Positions 1 through 8,884 of a stretch of 64,000 nucleotides of DNA are shown piece after piece. Under the pieces are notes generated by a model. The model was given only the letters and a program-made list of their open reading frames with translations, was not told the DNA's origin and did no database searches. Every line of letters starts with the position of its first letter. Position 1 is the stretch's first letter. The stretch covers positions 18,742 to 82,741 of the forward strand of contig CAVUJH010000015.1 in NCBI GenBank assembly GCA_963741775.1, given 5' to 3'. The stretch comes from an uncultured Flavobacteriaceae bacterium. Its GTDB lineage: Bacteria > Bacteroidota > Bacteroidia > Flavobacteriales > Flavobacteriaceae. A program made the translations under genes and the position numbers.

Positions 1-273
1 CAGGTTATCTGAATCCAGAATAGAAGTTTTATCGGCATTATCTCCGGCAATGGTGTCTATTTTTATCGAATAATCAAAGCCTTCTTGCGGATTTGCAAAT
101 TCCTCATAATTATAGAAATGACTTCCCAGGTAAGATCGCAGAGCCTCATCATCGGCGACCGCCTGTTCGCCTTTATCTCTGATTTCCACTTGCTGCTGGT
201 TTGGGCTGTCTTTGTGACAGGCAAATAAGCTCGCCACCGTTAAAAACCCAACAAAAAGTCTGTTCAATCTCAT
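1..273 (-). CDS. Lipoprotein, probable FKBP-type peptidyl-prolyl isomerase (5' part only; runs off the window start)
   Basis: Manual translation from ATG at 273: MRLNRLFVGFLTVASLFACHKD...ADDEALRSYLGSHFYNYEEF; lipobox LFAC; N-terminus typical of flavobacterial FKBP lipoproteins; catalytic domain not in window. Confidence 0.6.
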   Translation of the reverse strand, partial: MRLNRLFVGFLTVASLFACHKDSPNQQQVEIRDKGEQAVADDEALRSYLGSHFYNYEEFANPQEGFDYSIKIDTIAGDNADKTSILDSDNL

Positions 274-342
274 GCTATAGTATTTTTAGGGCCGCAAGAT
301 ACAATATTCTTGTATTTTTGTTGAAGGATTAAAGGCCAGTTT

Positions 343-729
343 ATGAGAGTTGATAAATTTCTATGGTGCGTGCGTTATTTTAAGACCCGGAGTATCGCTA
401 CAGGGGCATGCAAACAGGGAAAAGTGAAGATAGACGGGGCTAACACAAAACCTTCCAAAGAGGTCTTCCCCGGCGATAAAATGACGGTTCGAAAGAACCA
501 GATTAATTATGAAATGGAGGTGCTGGACCTTCCACCAAGCAGGGTAGGCGCAAAACTGGTTAATTTGTACGTGAACGATATCACTCCCCGGGAGGCTTTT
601 GAGAAACAGGAATTACTCAAATATTCCAAGGATTATTATCGCAAGAAAGGCACCGGAAGACCTACCAAAAAAGACCGCAGGGATATAGACGATTGGTTTG
701 AAAACAACGAAGGTGATGAAAAAGAATAG
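343..729 (+). CDS. hslR: S4-domain RNA-binding heat shock protein Hsp15
   Basis: MRVDKFLW..R.FKTRS.A S4 motif; C-terminal GRPTKKDRR. Confidence 0.93.
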   Translation: MRVDKFLWCVRYFKTRSIATGACKQGKVKIDGANTKPSKEVFPGDKMTVRKNQINYEMEVLDLPPSRVGAKLVNLYVNDITPREAFEKQELLKYSKDYYRKKGTGRPTKKDRRDIDDWFENNEGDEKE

Positions 730-1315
730 TACTGCTGCGGAATATTGGTCGGCGCGTTACCGGGAAAATCAGACAGGCTGGGATATTGGCGCAATCTCTA
801 CTCCGCTCAAAACCTATATCGATCAACTGGGGAATAAAGAACAGAAGATCCTTATTCCGGGTGCCGGAAATGCCTATGAAGCAGAATACCTCTTCAGGAA
901 GGGCTTCAAAAATGTATATGTAGCCGAACTTGCCGAAGAACCTCTTCAAAACCTGCAAAAGCGGGTTCCGGAATTTCCGCAGGAGCAATTACTGCATATA
1001 GATTTTTTTGAGGTAGAAGGTAGCTATGACCTGATCCTGGAGCAAACCTTCTTTTGCGCATTACCTGTAGACAGAAGAGCCGATTATGCCCGGAAGGCCT
1101 TCGAACTTCTGCGGAATAAAGGAAAGATCGTAGGATTGCTCTTCACCTTTGAACTCGCTGAAGACGGCCCTCCATTTGGAGGAAGCAAACAGGAATATCT
1201 GGAATACTTCGATCCGCTTTTTGAGATAGAAATCCTGGAGCCCTCTTATAATTCCATCCCTCCGCGCCAGGGAAACGAACTCTTTTTTAAATTCGTCAAA
1301 AAAACCGACCAATGA
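716..1315 (+). CDS. Thiopurine S-methyltransferase (TPMT) family SAM methyltransferase
   Basis: YWSARY..NQTGWDIG, LIPGAG SAM motif, EQTFFCAL, GPPFG; ATG at 716 preferred over TTG at 698. Confidence 0.88.
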   Translation: MKKNSTAAEYWSARYRENQTGWDIGAISTPLKTYIDQLGNKEQKILIPGAGNAYEAEYLFRKGFKNVYVAELAEEPLQNLQKRVPEFPQEQLLHIDFFEVEGSYDLILEQTFFCALPVDRRADYARKAFELLRNKGKIVGLLFTFELAEDGPPFGGSKQEYLEYFDPLFEIEILEPSYNSIPPRQGNELFFKFVKKTDQ

Positions 1316-1812
1316 AAGAAAATATCCTGATCCTGAACAAAAAGGAGATCAACCACAAGATAAAACGCATTGCTTACCAGATCTACGAAAGCAATGTTTC
1401 GGAAAGCGAAATAGTTTTAGCCGGAATAGCCGCTAATGGTTTTGACCTTGCTAAAAGGCTTCAGAAGGAACTGCAGCAGATCTCACCACTTCAGATCATT
1501 CTTTGCGAGGTAAAGGTCAATAAGAAAAATCCGTTGGAAAAGGTAGTGACCTCACTTCAACCAGAAGAATACCAGAATAAATCGCTTGTATTGATCGATG
1601 ATGTACTCAATTCAGGAACCACCCTCATCTATGGCGTCAGGCATTTTCTGGAGGTGCCCCTGAAACAATTCCAGACGGCTGTACTGGTCGATAGAAATCA
1701 CAAAAAGTATCCCGTAAAAGCCGATTTTAAGGGAATTTCTCTTTCTACTTCTCTAAATGAAACCGTACAGGTAAGTTTGAAAAAGAACCAGGAAAAAGCC
1801 GAACTCTTATAG
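1312..1812 (+). CDS. PyrR-like phosphoribosyltransferase family protein
   Basis: KIKRIAYQIYE, PRPP motif VLIDDVLNSGTT, AVLVDR.H...P..ADF.G. Confidence 0.85.
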   Translation: MKENILILNKKEINHKIKRIAYQIYESNVSESEIVLAGIAANGFDLAKRLQKELQQISPLQIILCEVKVNKKNPLEKVVTSLQPEEYQNKSLVLIDDVLNSGTTLIYGVRHFLEVPLKQFQTAVLVDRNHKKYPVKADFKGISLSTSLNETVQVSLKKNQEKAELL

Positions 1813-2319
1813 TTTCTCCTCTATTTCCCTAACTATTTCCTCAGGCTTCTTCTTATCGACCTTTACGATAATATCAGATTGGTTGTAATAGAAGGCTCTC
1901 TCAAAAAGATGCTTTCTTACGAATTCCTCCAGCAGTTCCCTCGTCTCAAGATGACTAATTACCGGGCGGTATAGTTTCTCCGGAAACAACCTCTCGGTTA
2001 GTTCCTGTACCGAAGCTTTTAAATAAATTGTTTTGCCGGAGTTCTTTATCTCCTCGAAATTATCGCCGTAGCAAGGCGTTCCTCCTCCCAAAGAAACTAC
2101 CAGGTCTGCAGTTTCTTCCAGCACATCCATTAATATTTTATTTTCAAGCTTGCGAAAATAAAGCTCTCCTTTTTCATTAAATATATCATCAATACGCACC
2201 CCTTCTATCACCTCGATCTGCTCATCAAGATCTACATAACTGTATTTCAGGCTTTCTGCTAATTTCTTTCCGATCACAGATTTTCCCGATCCCATATAGC
2301 CTGTTAAAAATATTTTCAT
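1807..2319 (-). CDS. aroK: Shikimate kinase
   Basis: GYMGSGKS P-loop, DLD, GELYFRKLE, SLGGG; start MKIFL at 2319. Confidence 0.93.
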   Translation of the reverse strand: MKIFLTGYMGSGKSVIGKKLAESLKYSYVDLDEQIEVIEGVRIDDIFNEKGELYFRKLENKILMDVLEETADLVVSLGGGTPCYGDNFEEIKNSGKTIYLKASVQELTERLFPEKLYRPVISHLETRELLEEFVRKHLFERAFYYNQSDIIVKVDKKKPEEIVREIEEKL

Positions 2320-2401
2320 AGATAAACTTCTAGTTTTTAAATGAATTGAAAACAATTACAAATTTATATGAATTTAGGCTTGAAAAATAAATTAATGATC
2401 T

Positions 2402-2409
2402 TATATTTG
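2402..2409 (+). promoter_or_regulatory. Bacteroidota sigma70 -7 element of the tRNA cluster
   Basis: TATATTTG matches TAnnTTTG, with TTG about 20 nt upstream. Confidence 0.65.
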
Positions 2410-2443
2410 CACCCGCATTCGCAAAAAAGTTGATTGCTTTCTT

Positions 2444-2516
2444 GATCTGGTAGCTCAGTTGGTAGAGCATCTCCCTTTTAAGGAGAGGGTCCTGGGTTCG
2501 AGCCCCAGCCAGATCA
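2444..2516 (+). tRNA. tRNA-Lys(TTT)
   Basis: Cloverleaf: GATCTGG/CCAGATC acceptor stem, TCTCC-CTTTTAA-GGAGA anticodon arm, GGTTCGAGCC T-arm. Confidence 0.97.
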
Positions 2517-2940
2517 CTTTTTAAGTTCTGATCGAAATGGCGAGAAGCCTGTCTCGAGCGAAGCCGAAAGGCGGAGTCGAGAGAAGCCCCAGCCAGATCA
2601 CTTTTTTAAGTTCTTTTCTTGATTCGGTTGTAGTTTTTTGTTTGATCCCATTCAAAAATCTTCCTGAATCATTTCTAAAATATTGAAATTATTACCCGAT
2701 CTGGTAGCTCAGTTGGTAGAGCATCTCCCTTTTAAGGAGAGGGTCCTGGGTTCGAGCCCCAGCCAGATCACTTTTTTAAGTTCAGATTGAAATGGCGAGA
2801 AGCCTGTCTCGAGCGAAGCCGAAAGGCGGAGTCGAGAGAAGCCCCAGCCAGATCACTTTTTTAAGTGAAAATCTCGTTGGGCGAGAAGTATATCCCGAGC
2901 TAAGTCGAGAGAAGCCCCAGCCAGATCACTTTTTAAGTTC
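2501..2940 (+). repeat. Five copies of the tRNA-Lys 3' end (AGCCCCAGCCAGATCACTTTTT(T)AAGT) with intervening hairpin elements
   Basis: Copies start at 2501, 2585, 2755, 2840 and 2913; two belong to the intact tRNAs. Confidence 0.92.
2698..2770 (+). tRNA. tRNA-Lys(TTT), second identical copy
   Basis: Identical to 2444-2516. Confidence 0.97.
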
Positions 2941-3005
2941 AGACTTCTGTTAAAATTGTATTTGAAACAGCCCATTGGAAATTCAATTTCTAATCGTGCT
3001 TTTTT

Positions 3006-3089
3006 GCCCAGGTGCTGGAATTGGTAGACAGGCATGGTTGAGGGCCATGTGTCCATTAGGGCGTGCGGGTTCAAGTCCCGCTCTGGGCA
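3006..3089 (+). tRNA. tRNA-Leu(GAG)
   Basis: GCCCAGG/TCTGGGC acceptor stem, CATGG-TTGAGGG-CCATG anticodon arm, long variable arm, GGTTCAAGTCC. Confidence 0.96.
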
Positions 3090-3106
3090 CTTCCTAATTT
3101 TTCTTT

Positions 3107-3367
3107 ATGTACTTTGTATATGCCATTAAAAGCCAATTGAAAGATTGGATCTATATTGGCATGACCGATAACATTGAAAAGAGGATAAAGCAGCACAATC
3201 TCAGCCATAACAGAAGCACTAAAGCGTACAAACCTTTCCAACTCCTTTTTCAGGAAAGCTTCCCCACAAGAACAGAAGCCAGGAACCGCGAGAAATTTCT
3301 AAAATCCACCTCGGGAAAAAGATGGATCAGAAGCAATTTCAAAGATAGTGCGGGCCTGTCTGACTGA
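3107..3367 (+). CDS. Stand-alone GIY-YIG nuclease (UPF0213/SLX1-like)
   Basis: YFVYAI...YIGMT.N...R..QHN...STK...P..L..QE....R.EA..RE..LK: both motifs plus the catalytic Arg and Glu. Confidence 0.92.
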   Translation: MYFVYAIKSQLKDWIYIGMTDNIEKRIKQHNLSHNRSTKAYKPFQLLFQESFPTRTEARNREKFLKSTSGKRWIRSNFKDSAGLSD

Positions 3368-3427
3368 CTATCGTCAGAGAGCCAGGTAGATTCAAGTCCG
3401 GCTCTGGGCACTTCCTAATTTTTCTTT

Positions 3428-3688
3428 ATGTACTTTGTATATGCCATTAAAAGCTAATTGAAAGATTGGATCTATATTGGCATGACCGATAACATCGAAA
3501 GAAGGCTCAGACAACATAATTTCGGCCATAACAGAAGCACTAAAGCTTACCGTCCTTTTCAACTCCTTTTTCAGGAAAGCTTCCCCACAAGAACAGAAGC
3601 CAGGAACCGCGAGAAATTTCTGAAATCCACCTCGGGAAAAAGATAGATCAGAAGCAATTTCAAAGATAGTGCGGGCCTGTCTAACTGA
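3428..3688 (+). pseudogene. Second GIY-YIG copy with two nonsense codons
   Basis: Colinear with 3107-3367; CAA>TAA at 3455, TGG>TAG at 3644. Confidence 0.88.
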
Positions 3689-3981
3689 CTATCGTCAGAG
3701 AGCCAGGTAGATTCAAGTCCCGCTCTGGGCACTTCCTAATTTCCTCCTTCTTAATTTTATAATTTCTTTTCAGGATAATCAATCTGAGTAAAGAGTTTTT
3801 CTTTTTATATACTTTCTAATCTCTTCGGTATTACTAAAATCAACAGCGTCATCAGGACCTTTCCTATTTGCCTTTTCGCAGTTTGTTTAACCTTTTAACT
3901 ACCAAATTAAACATTTTAACACTTTAGATAATAGTTGTGATAACTTTATTATTTAGATTTGTTTAACCTGTTTTAAGAACT

Positions 3982-4878
3982 ATGGAATACATAAAACAAA
4001 ATTTCAGTATTAAAGACCTTGAAAATCTTAGTGGTATCAAGGCGCACACCATTCGCATCTGGGAAAAACGATATAATGTACTTTCTCCCGAACGAACCTC
4101 AACAAATATCAGAACCTACGACAACTCCGACCTTCAGAAGATCCTGAACATTTCTTTTCTGAATGAGAACGGATACAAGATTTCGAGGATCTCAAAACTT
4201 GATGAAGAGGAGATCAACAAAATGGTACGTAGCATCACTACTTCCTCAAGCCACCAGAACAGGGCCCTCAACAATCTGAAAATAGCGATGCTTGACTTTA
4301 ATGAAGATCTCTTTCAGAAGACCTATAAAGAACTGAGCGCTGCCCGATCTTTTCGGGAGATATTTCACGAGGTATTCCTGCCATTCCTTGAACAAATAGG
4401 CCTGCTCTGGCAAACAGATACCATTAAACCTATTCATGAGCATTTTATAGTAGACCTCATAAAACAAAAAGTTTACCTCAACCTGGCCCAGGCCAAAGAG
4501 GAGAAAAAACCTGAGGGCGAAGAACTATACGTGCTGTTTCTTCCCCAAAATGAAATTCATGATATAGGAATCCTTTACCTGTACTATGAGCTTCTTTACC
4601 ATAACAAGAACACCATGTATCTTGGGCCGAGTCTCCCCTTGAGTGATCTGCATTACCTCATAAGGATACACGATGATGTCAAGTTTATTTCCTACTTTAG
4701 TATTGCCCCTGTCGAAGTCGAAGACTTTATTGCCGAATTCCAGAGAGAACTATGCCAGGAAAAGCCCCGTCCTTTGCTTCTTTTCGGAAGAAGAACCCAA
4801 AATATAGATGCCTCTAATCTTCCCCAGAATGTAACGGTGTACAAAACCATCCCTGCTTTCATTCAAACTCTGATATAG
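3982..4878 (+). CDS. MerR-family cobalamin-binding regulator (CarH/LitR type)
   Basis: MerR HTH (TIRIWEKRY), W-x9-EH (WQTDTIKPIHEH) and ExHxxG (EIHDIG); directly upstream of crt genes. Confidence 0.85.
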   Translation: MEYIKQNFSIKDLENLSGIKAHTIRIWEKRYNVLSPERTSTNIRTYDNSDLQKILNISFLNENGYKISRISKLDEEEINKMVRSITTSSSHQNRALNNLKIAMLDFNEDLFQKTYKELSAARSFREIFHEVFLPFLEQIGLLWQTDTIKPIHEHFIVDLIKQKVYLNLAQAKEEKKPEGEELYVLFLPQNEIHDIGILYLYYELLYHNKNTMYLGPSLPLSDLHYLIRIHDDVKFISYFSIAPVEVEDFIAEFQRELCQEKPRPLLLFGRRTQNIDASNLPQNVTVYKTIPAFIQTLI

Positions 4879-4884
4879 CCCAAT

Positions 4885-6347
4885 ATGAGCAAAAGAATTT
4901 CCATAATAGGATCAGGCTTTTCTTCCCTGGCTGCCGCCTGCTATCTGGCTAAAGACGGGAACGAGGTTCATATCTATGAGAAGAATTCCACTGTAGGTGG
5001 CAGGGCCCGTCAATTAAAGCGGGACGGTTTCACTTTCGACATTGGCCCTACCTGGTACTGGATGCCCGATGTCTTTGAGCGCTTCTTTGCGGACTTCGGA
5101 AAAACTCCCGCCGATTACTATGAGCTTATGAAACTTGATCCCGCCTACCAGGTATATTTTGAAGGCGGTCACCGAATTACTATTGGCGACAGCCTTGAGA
5201 AAATATACGCGGCCTTTGAAAAAGAAGAAAAAGGAAGTGCCACGAAATTACAGAAATTCATCCGGAAGGCACAGCAGAACTACGATATAGCGATCAAAGA
5301 CCTGGTTTACCGCCCGGGCGTTTCGCCTCTCGAACTGGTAACGCCTACCACTGCAACTAAAATTGGTCAGTTCTTTAGCACTATTTCTAAAGAGGTGAAG
5401 AAGGAATTTACGAATCCCAGGCTTATTCAGATTCTGGAATTCCCGGTGCTTTTTCTCGGTGCAAAACCCGGGGATACTCCTGCCTTCTACAGCTTCATGA
5501 ACTACGCCGATTTTGGGTTGGGAACCTGGCATCCGAAAGGTGGAATGTACCAGGTGATCTTAGCCATTAAAGAGCTTGCTCTTTCGCTGGGAGTTCACAT
5601 CCACACCAATGCTCCTGTGAAGAGCATACAAGTAGAGAATAACCAGGCGCGGGGAATTAGCCTTAACGGCAAAGTTATCCCTTCAGACCTCGTGCTAAGC
5701 GGCGCCGATTATCATCATACTGAAAGCCTGTTGCCAGAAATCAACCGACAATATTCGGAAGGCTACTGGAAGAAGAAAACCTTTGCTCCCTCTTCCCTGC
5801 TCTTCTATGTTGGTTTTGACCGAAAACTGCAGAATGTCGCGCATCATACGCTGTTTTTCGATACCGATTTTGGCATCCACGCCGAAGCTATTTACGACGA
5901 TCCACGCTGGCCCGAAGAGCCCTTGTTCTACGCCAGTTTTCCTTCGGTTACAGATAATTCAGCTGCGCCCGAAGGCAAAGAGGCAGGAATATTTCTTATC
6001 CCTTTGGCTCCCGATCTTGAAGATACTCCGGAATTACGGGAAAAATATTTCAGCAAGATCATTCAGCGCTTTGAAAAACTTACCGGCCAGGACGTTCAAA
6101 AAGATATCCTGTTCAGAGAATCTTTCTGTGTGAACGATTTCAAAAAGGAATACAATTCCTATAAAGGAAATGCTTACGGGCTCGCAAATACGTTGCTCCA
6201 AACTGCCTTTCTGCGGCCAAAACTAAAAAGCAAAAAAGTAGAGCAACTGTATTTTACCGGGCAATTGACTGTGCCGGGACCAGGGGTTCCCCAAGTCTTA
6301 TTTCCGGAAAGCTGGCAGCAGAACTTATCCGAAAATCAAAAAATTAA
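4885..6347 (+). CDS. crtI: Phytoene desaturase; apparent -1 frameshift at the C4 run 6289-6292 makes it read into crtB
   Basis: GxGxxS FAD motif, FDIGPTWYWMP; adding one C restores the conserved end GPGVPPSLISGKLAA with TAA at 6345-6347. Confidence 0.9.
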
Positions 6348-6351
6348 TGCT

Positions 6352-7191
6352 ATGAAATCTATTTTTGACGTTGTAGCCAGGGCTTGCAGCAAAACAGTGA
6401 CTAACTCCTATAGCACCTCCTTTTCCTCTGCTACCCGCATGCTTGCCCCCTCCATAAGGCAGGATATCTACAATATTTACGGATTTGTGCGTTTCGCTGA
6501 TGAGATCGTTGATTCTTTTCAGGATTACGACCAGGAGAAGCTCTTCAACATGTTTGAAAAAGATATGTATTCGGCCATAGCGAATAAAATCAGTCTGAAC
6601 CCGATCCTGAACGCTTTCCAGGAAACAGTGCACAAATATGATATTCCGTCCGAATTATACGAGGCTTTTATGAAAAGCATGCGTCTAGACCTTCACAAAT
6701 CTGCCTATCTCACAATGGAAGAATATCGTGAGTATATCTACGGAAGCGCCGATGTGGTGGGGCTAATGTGCCTGAAGGTTTTCGTAAAAGGGAACAGCGA
6801 AAAATATGAAAACCTAAAAGAGTCTGCCATGCGGCTGGGCTCGGCCTTTCAAAAGGTAAACTTTCTGCGTGACCTCAAGATGGATTATGAACATCTTAGC
6901 CGAAGCTACTTCCCCAACACCAATCTCGCGGAACTCGACGAAGCAAGCAAGAAGCAGATAATCGATGAAATTGAGGCCGACTTCCACGAAGGTTTTAAAG
7001 GGATCTCCCAACTTCCTGTCGAAGCAAAATTCGGCGTTTATACCGCTTATGTGTATTATTTAAAATTATTGCATAAATTGAAGAAAATTCCTTCCCTGGA
7101 GATCAGGAAAAGAAGGATCAGGGTTTCGGACTATCAAAAGGCGGGACTTCTCGCAAAGTCTTATCTTTCGTACCGGCTTAACCTCATTTAG
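6352..7191 (+). CDS. crtB: Phytoene synthase
   Basis: YSTSF, IYGFVRFADEIVD, FQKVNFLRD; has its own ATG at 6352. Confidence 0.93.
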   Translation: MKSIFDVVARACSKTVTNSYSTSFSSATRMLAPSIRQDIYNIYGFVRFADEIVDSFQDYDQEKLFNMFEKDMYSAIANKISLNPILNAFQETVHKYDIPSELYEAFMKSMRLDLHKSAYLTMEEYREYIYGSADVVGLMCLKVFVKGNSEKYENLKESAMRLGSAFQKVNFLRDLKMDYEHLSRSYFPNTNLAELDEASKKQIIDEIEADFHEGFKGISQLPVEAKFGVYTAYVYYLKLLHKLKKIPSLEIRKRRIRVSDYQKAGLLAKSYLSYRLNLI

Positions 7192-7202
7192 AATTACAGC
7201 AC

Positions 7203-7653
7203 ATGACGACTTTATTTTGGATATTGATATTTCTCGCCACCTTCATGGGGATGGAGGGTATGGCCTGGATTACCCACAAGTATATCATGCACGGACTTTT
7301 ATGGAAACTGCATAAGGATCACCACCGCAAAGACCATAGCAGCTGGTGGGAGCGCAACGATCTTTTCTTTGTGTTCTACGCCATTGTGAGCATCAGCTTT
7401 TTTCTTGCTGTGGCGTTACGATGGGCTTTGGGTAGGTCTTCCCATCGGCCTTGGGATTCTCGCCTACGGAATAACTTATTTTACAGTTCACGATATCTTT
7501 ATACACCAGCGGTTCAAGATCTTCAGGAATGCCAATAACCGGTATGCCCGCGGCATCAGGAGAGCTCATAAAATGCACCATAAACACCTCGGAAAAGATG
7601 ACGGGGAATGCTTCGGAATGCTGTTTGTTCCCTTCAAATATTTTAAAAAATAA
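7203..7653 (+). CDS. crtZ: Beta-carotene hydroxylase; apparent +1 frameshift at the T6 run 7398-7403
   Basis: His boxes HKYIMHG, HKDHH, HDIFIHQR and HKMHH are split across two frames. Confidence 0.88.
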
Positions 7654-7680
7654 GCCGCTCACGAAGTTCCTTTTAAGCCT

Positions 7681-8821
7681 ATGATGGTCCCGAACTATTT
7701 TTACGTGATTGTTGGTGAAGGCCTTGCCGGGCTGCAGCTCGCACTTCGCCTTAAGCGCGACCTCTTTTTCAAGGGAAAACAAATAGCCATCATTGATCAC
7801 GCTCCCAAAGATTATCCCGACAAAACCTGGTGTTTCTGGGAAGAGGGAAACGGAAACTGGGATCATCTGGTTTCACATGAATGGGAACAGCGGAAAATTT
7901 ATTTCTTCGGAAGTGGATAAAAACCTGGAGCTGGCGCCGTATCGTTATAAAATGATCAAATCTTCCGATTTTCGGCGGGAAGCCCGGAAGGAGCTGGAAG
8001 CCGCTGAAAATTTTCATTTTATCACCGATGAGATCCATGAAATAGATCCGGTGACGCGCAAAGCACACGGACAAAAAGACATTTATACCGCCACTCATTT
8101 CTTTGACAGCCGTGTGGCTTCAGAATACCTGGAAAGTGATGAATACAGCCGTATCTTTCAGCATTTCAAGGGTTGGAAAATACAGACTGAAAATGTCCAA
8201 TTTGACCCTTCAGTCTTTACTATGATGGATTACCGGTTGAAATTCAAGGATTCTACAAGCTTTACTTATGTGCTGCCGCTTTCAGAAAAAGAAGCCCTTA
8301 TAGAATTCACCTTTTTCACCCCTTTTTTAACCGAAGAAAAGATCTACGACGATTCCCTGGAAAAATACCTTTCAGAAATACTAAAAATAGAGAACTACAG
8401 GATCGTAGAATCAGAAAAGGGCATCATCCCCATGACCGATTTCCCATTTCACATGCAGAATTCCCGCCATATCACCAAAATCGGTACTGGCGGTGGCTGG
8501 GTGAAGCCTTCCAGCGGCTACAGCTTTAAGAATACAGAACGAAAGGTGGAGAAGATCGTCGAAAATCTGAAGAATGGCTACCTGCCCGGAAAAGGTCTTG
8601 TAAACGACAAATTTCGAAAATACGACTCGATTTTTCTGGATGTACTTTCGAAGCGAAATGATCTTGGTGAGCAGATTTTCACAAAACTGTACACCAGGAA
8701 TACTCCACAGGAGATATTCCGGTATCTGGATGAAGAAAGTGCACTACAGGAAGATCTAAAATTGATGTGGTCGCTGTATCACCCGCAGTTCATCAGGTCC
8801 TTTTTCAGAAAAGCTTTTTAA
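7681..8821 (+). CDS. crtY: Lycopene beta-cyclase; apparent +1 frameshift at GGG 7883-7885
   Basis: VIVGEGLAG and DKTWCFW in one frame; QHFKGW, MMDYR, FTYVLP, GWVKPSSGYSF in the next. Confidence 0.85.
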
Positions 8822-8884
8822 AAGGAACAGGAAATTAACGTTCTCAGCTACTAAGAGCCGATCCATTTCTGTAAAACCTGTAAC

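Larger units (their letters stand above)
3070..3742 (+). repeat. Tandem 321-bp repeat (2 units) bounded by three copies of the tRNA-Leu 3' end
   Basis: TTCAAGTCC(C/G)GCTCTGGGCACTTCCTAATTT at 3070, 3391 and 3712. Confidence 0.95.

Noticed and set aside
2501-2940. CRISPR array
   Set aside because: The repeats are tRNA 3' ends, the spacers are near-identical to each other, and there are no cas genes.
2853-3074. 73-aa minus-strand ORF
   Set aside because: It is antisense to tRNA-Leu and the repeat units, so it is spurious.
3070-3742. Classical integrase island or prophage at tRNA-Leu
   Set aside because: The att-like repeats enclose only 321-bp units; there are no integrase or phage genes.
4885-7191. 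Genuine 768-aa bifunctional CrtIB
   Set aside because: The native CrtI tail, its stop and the crtB start are all present; one homopolymer indel explains the fusion.
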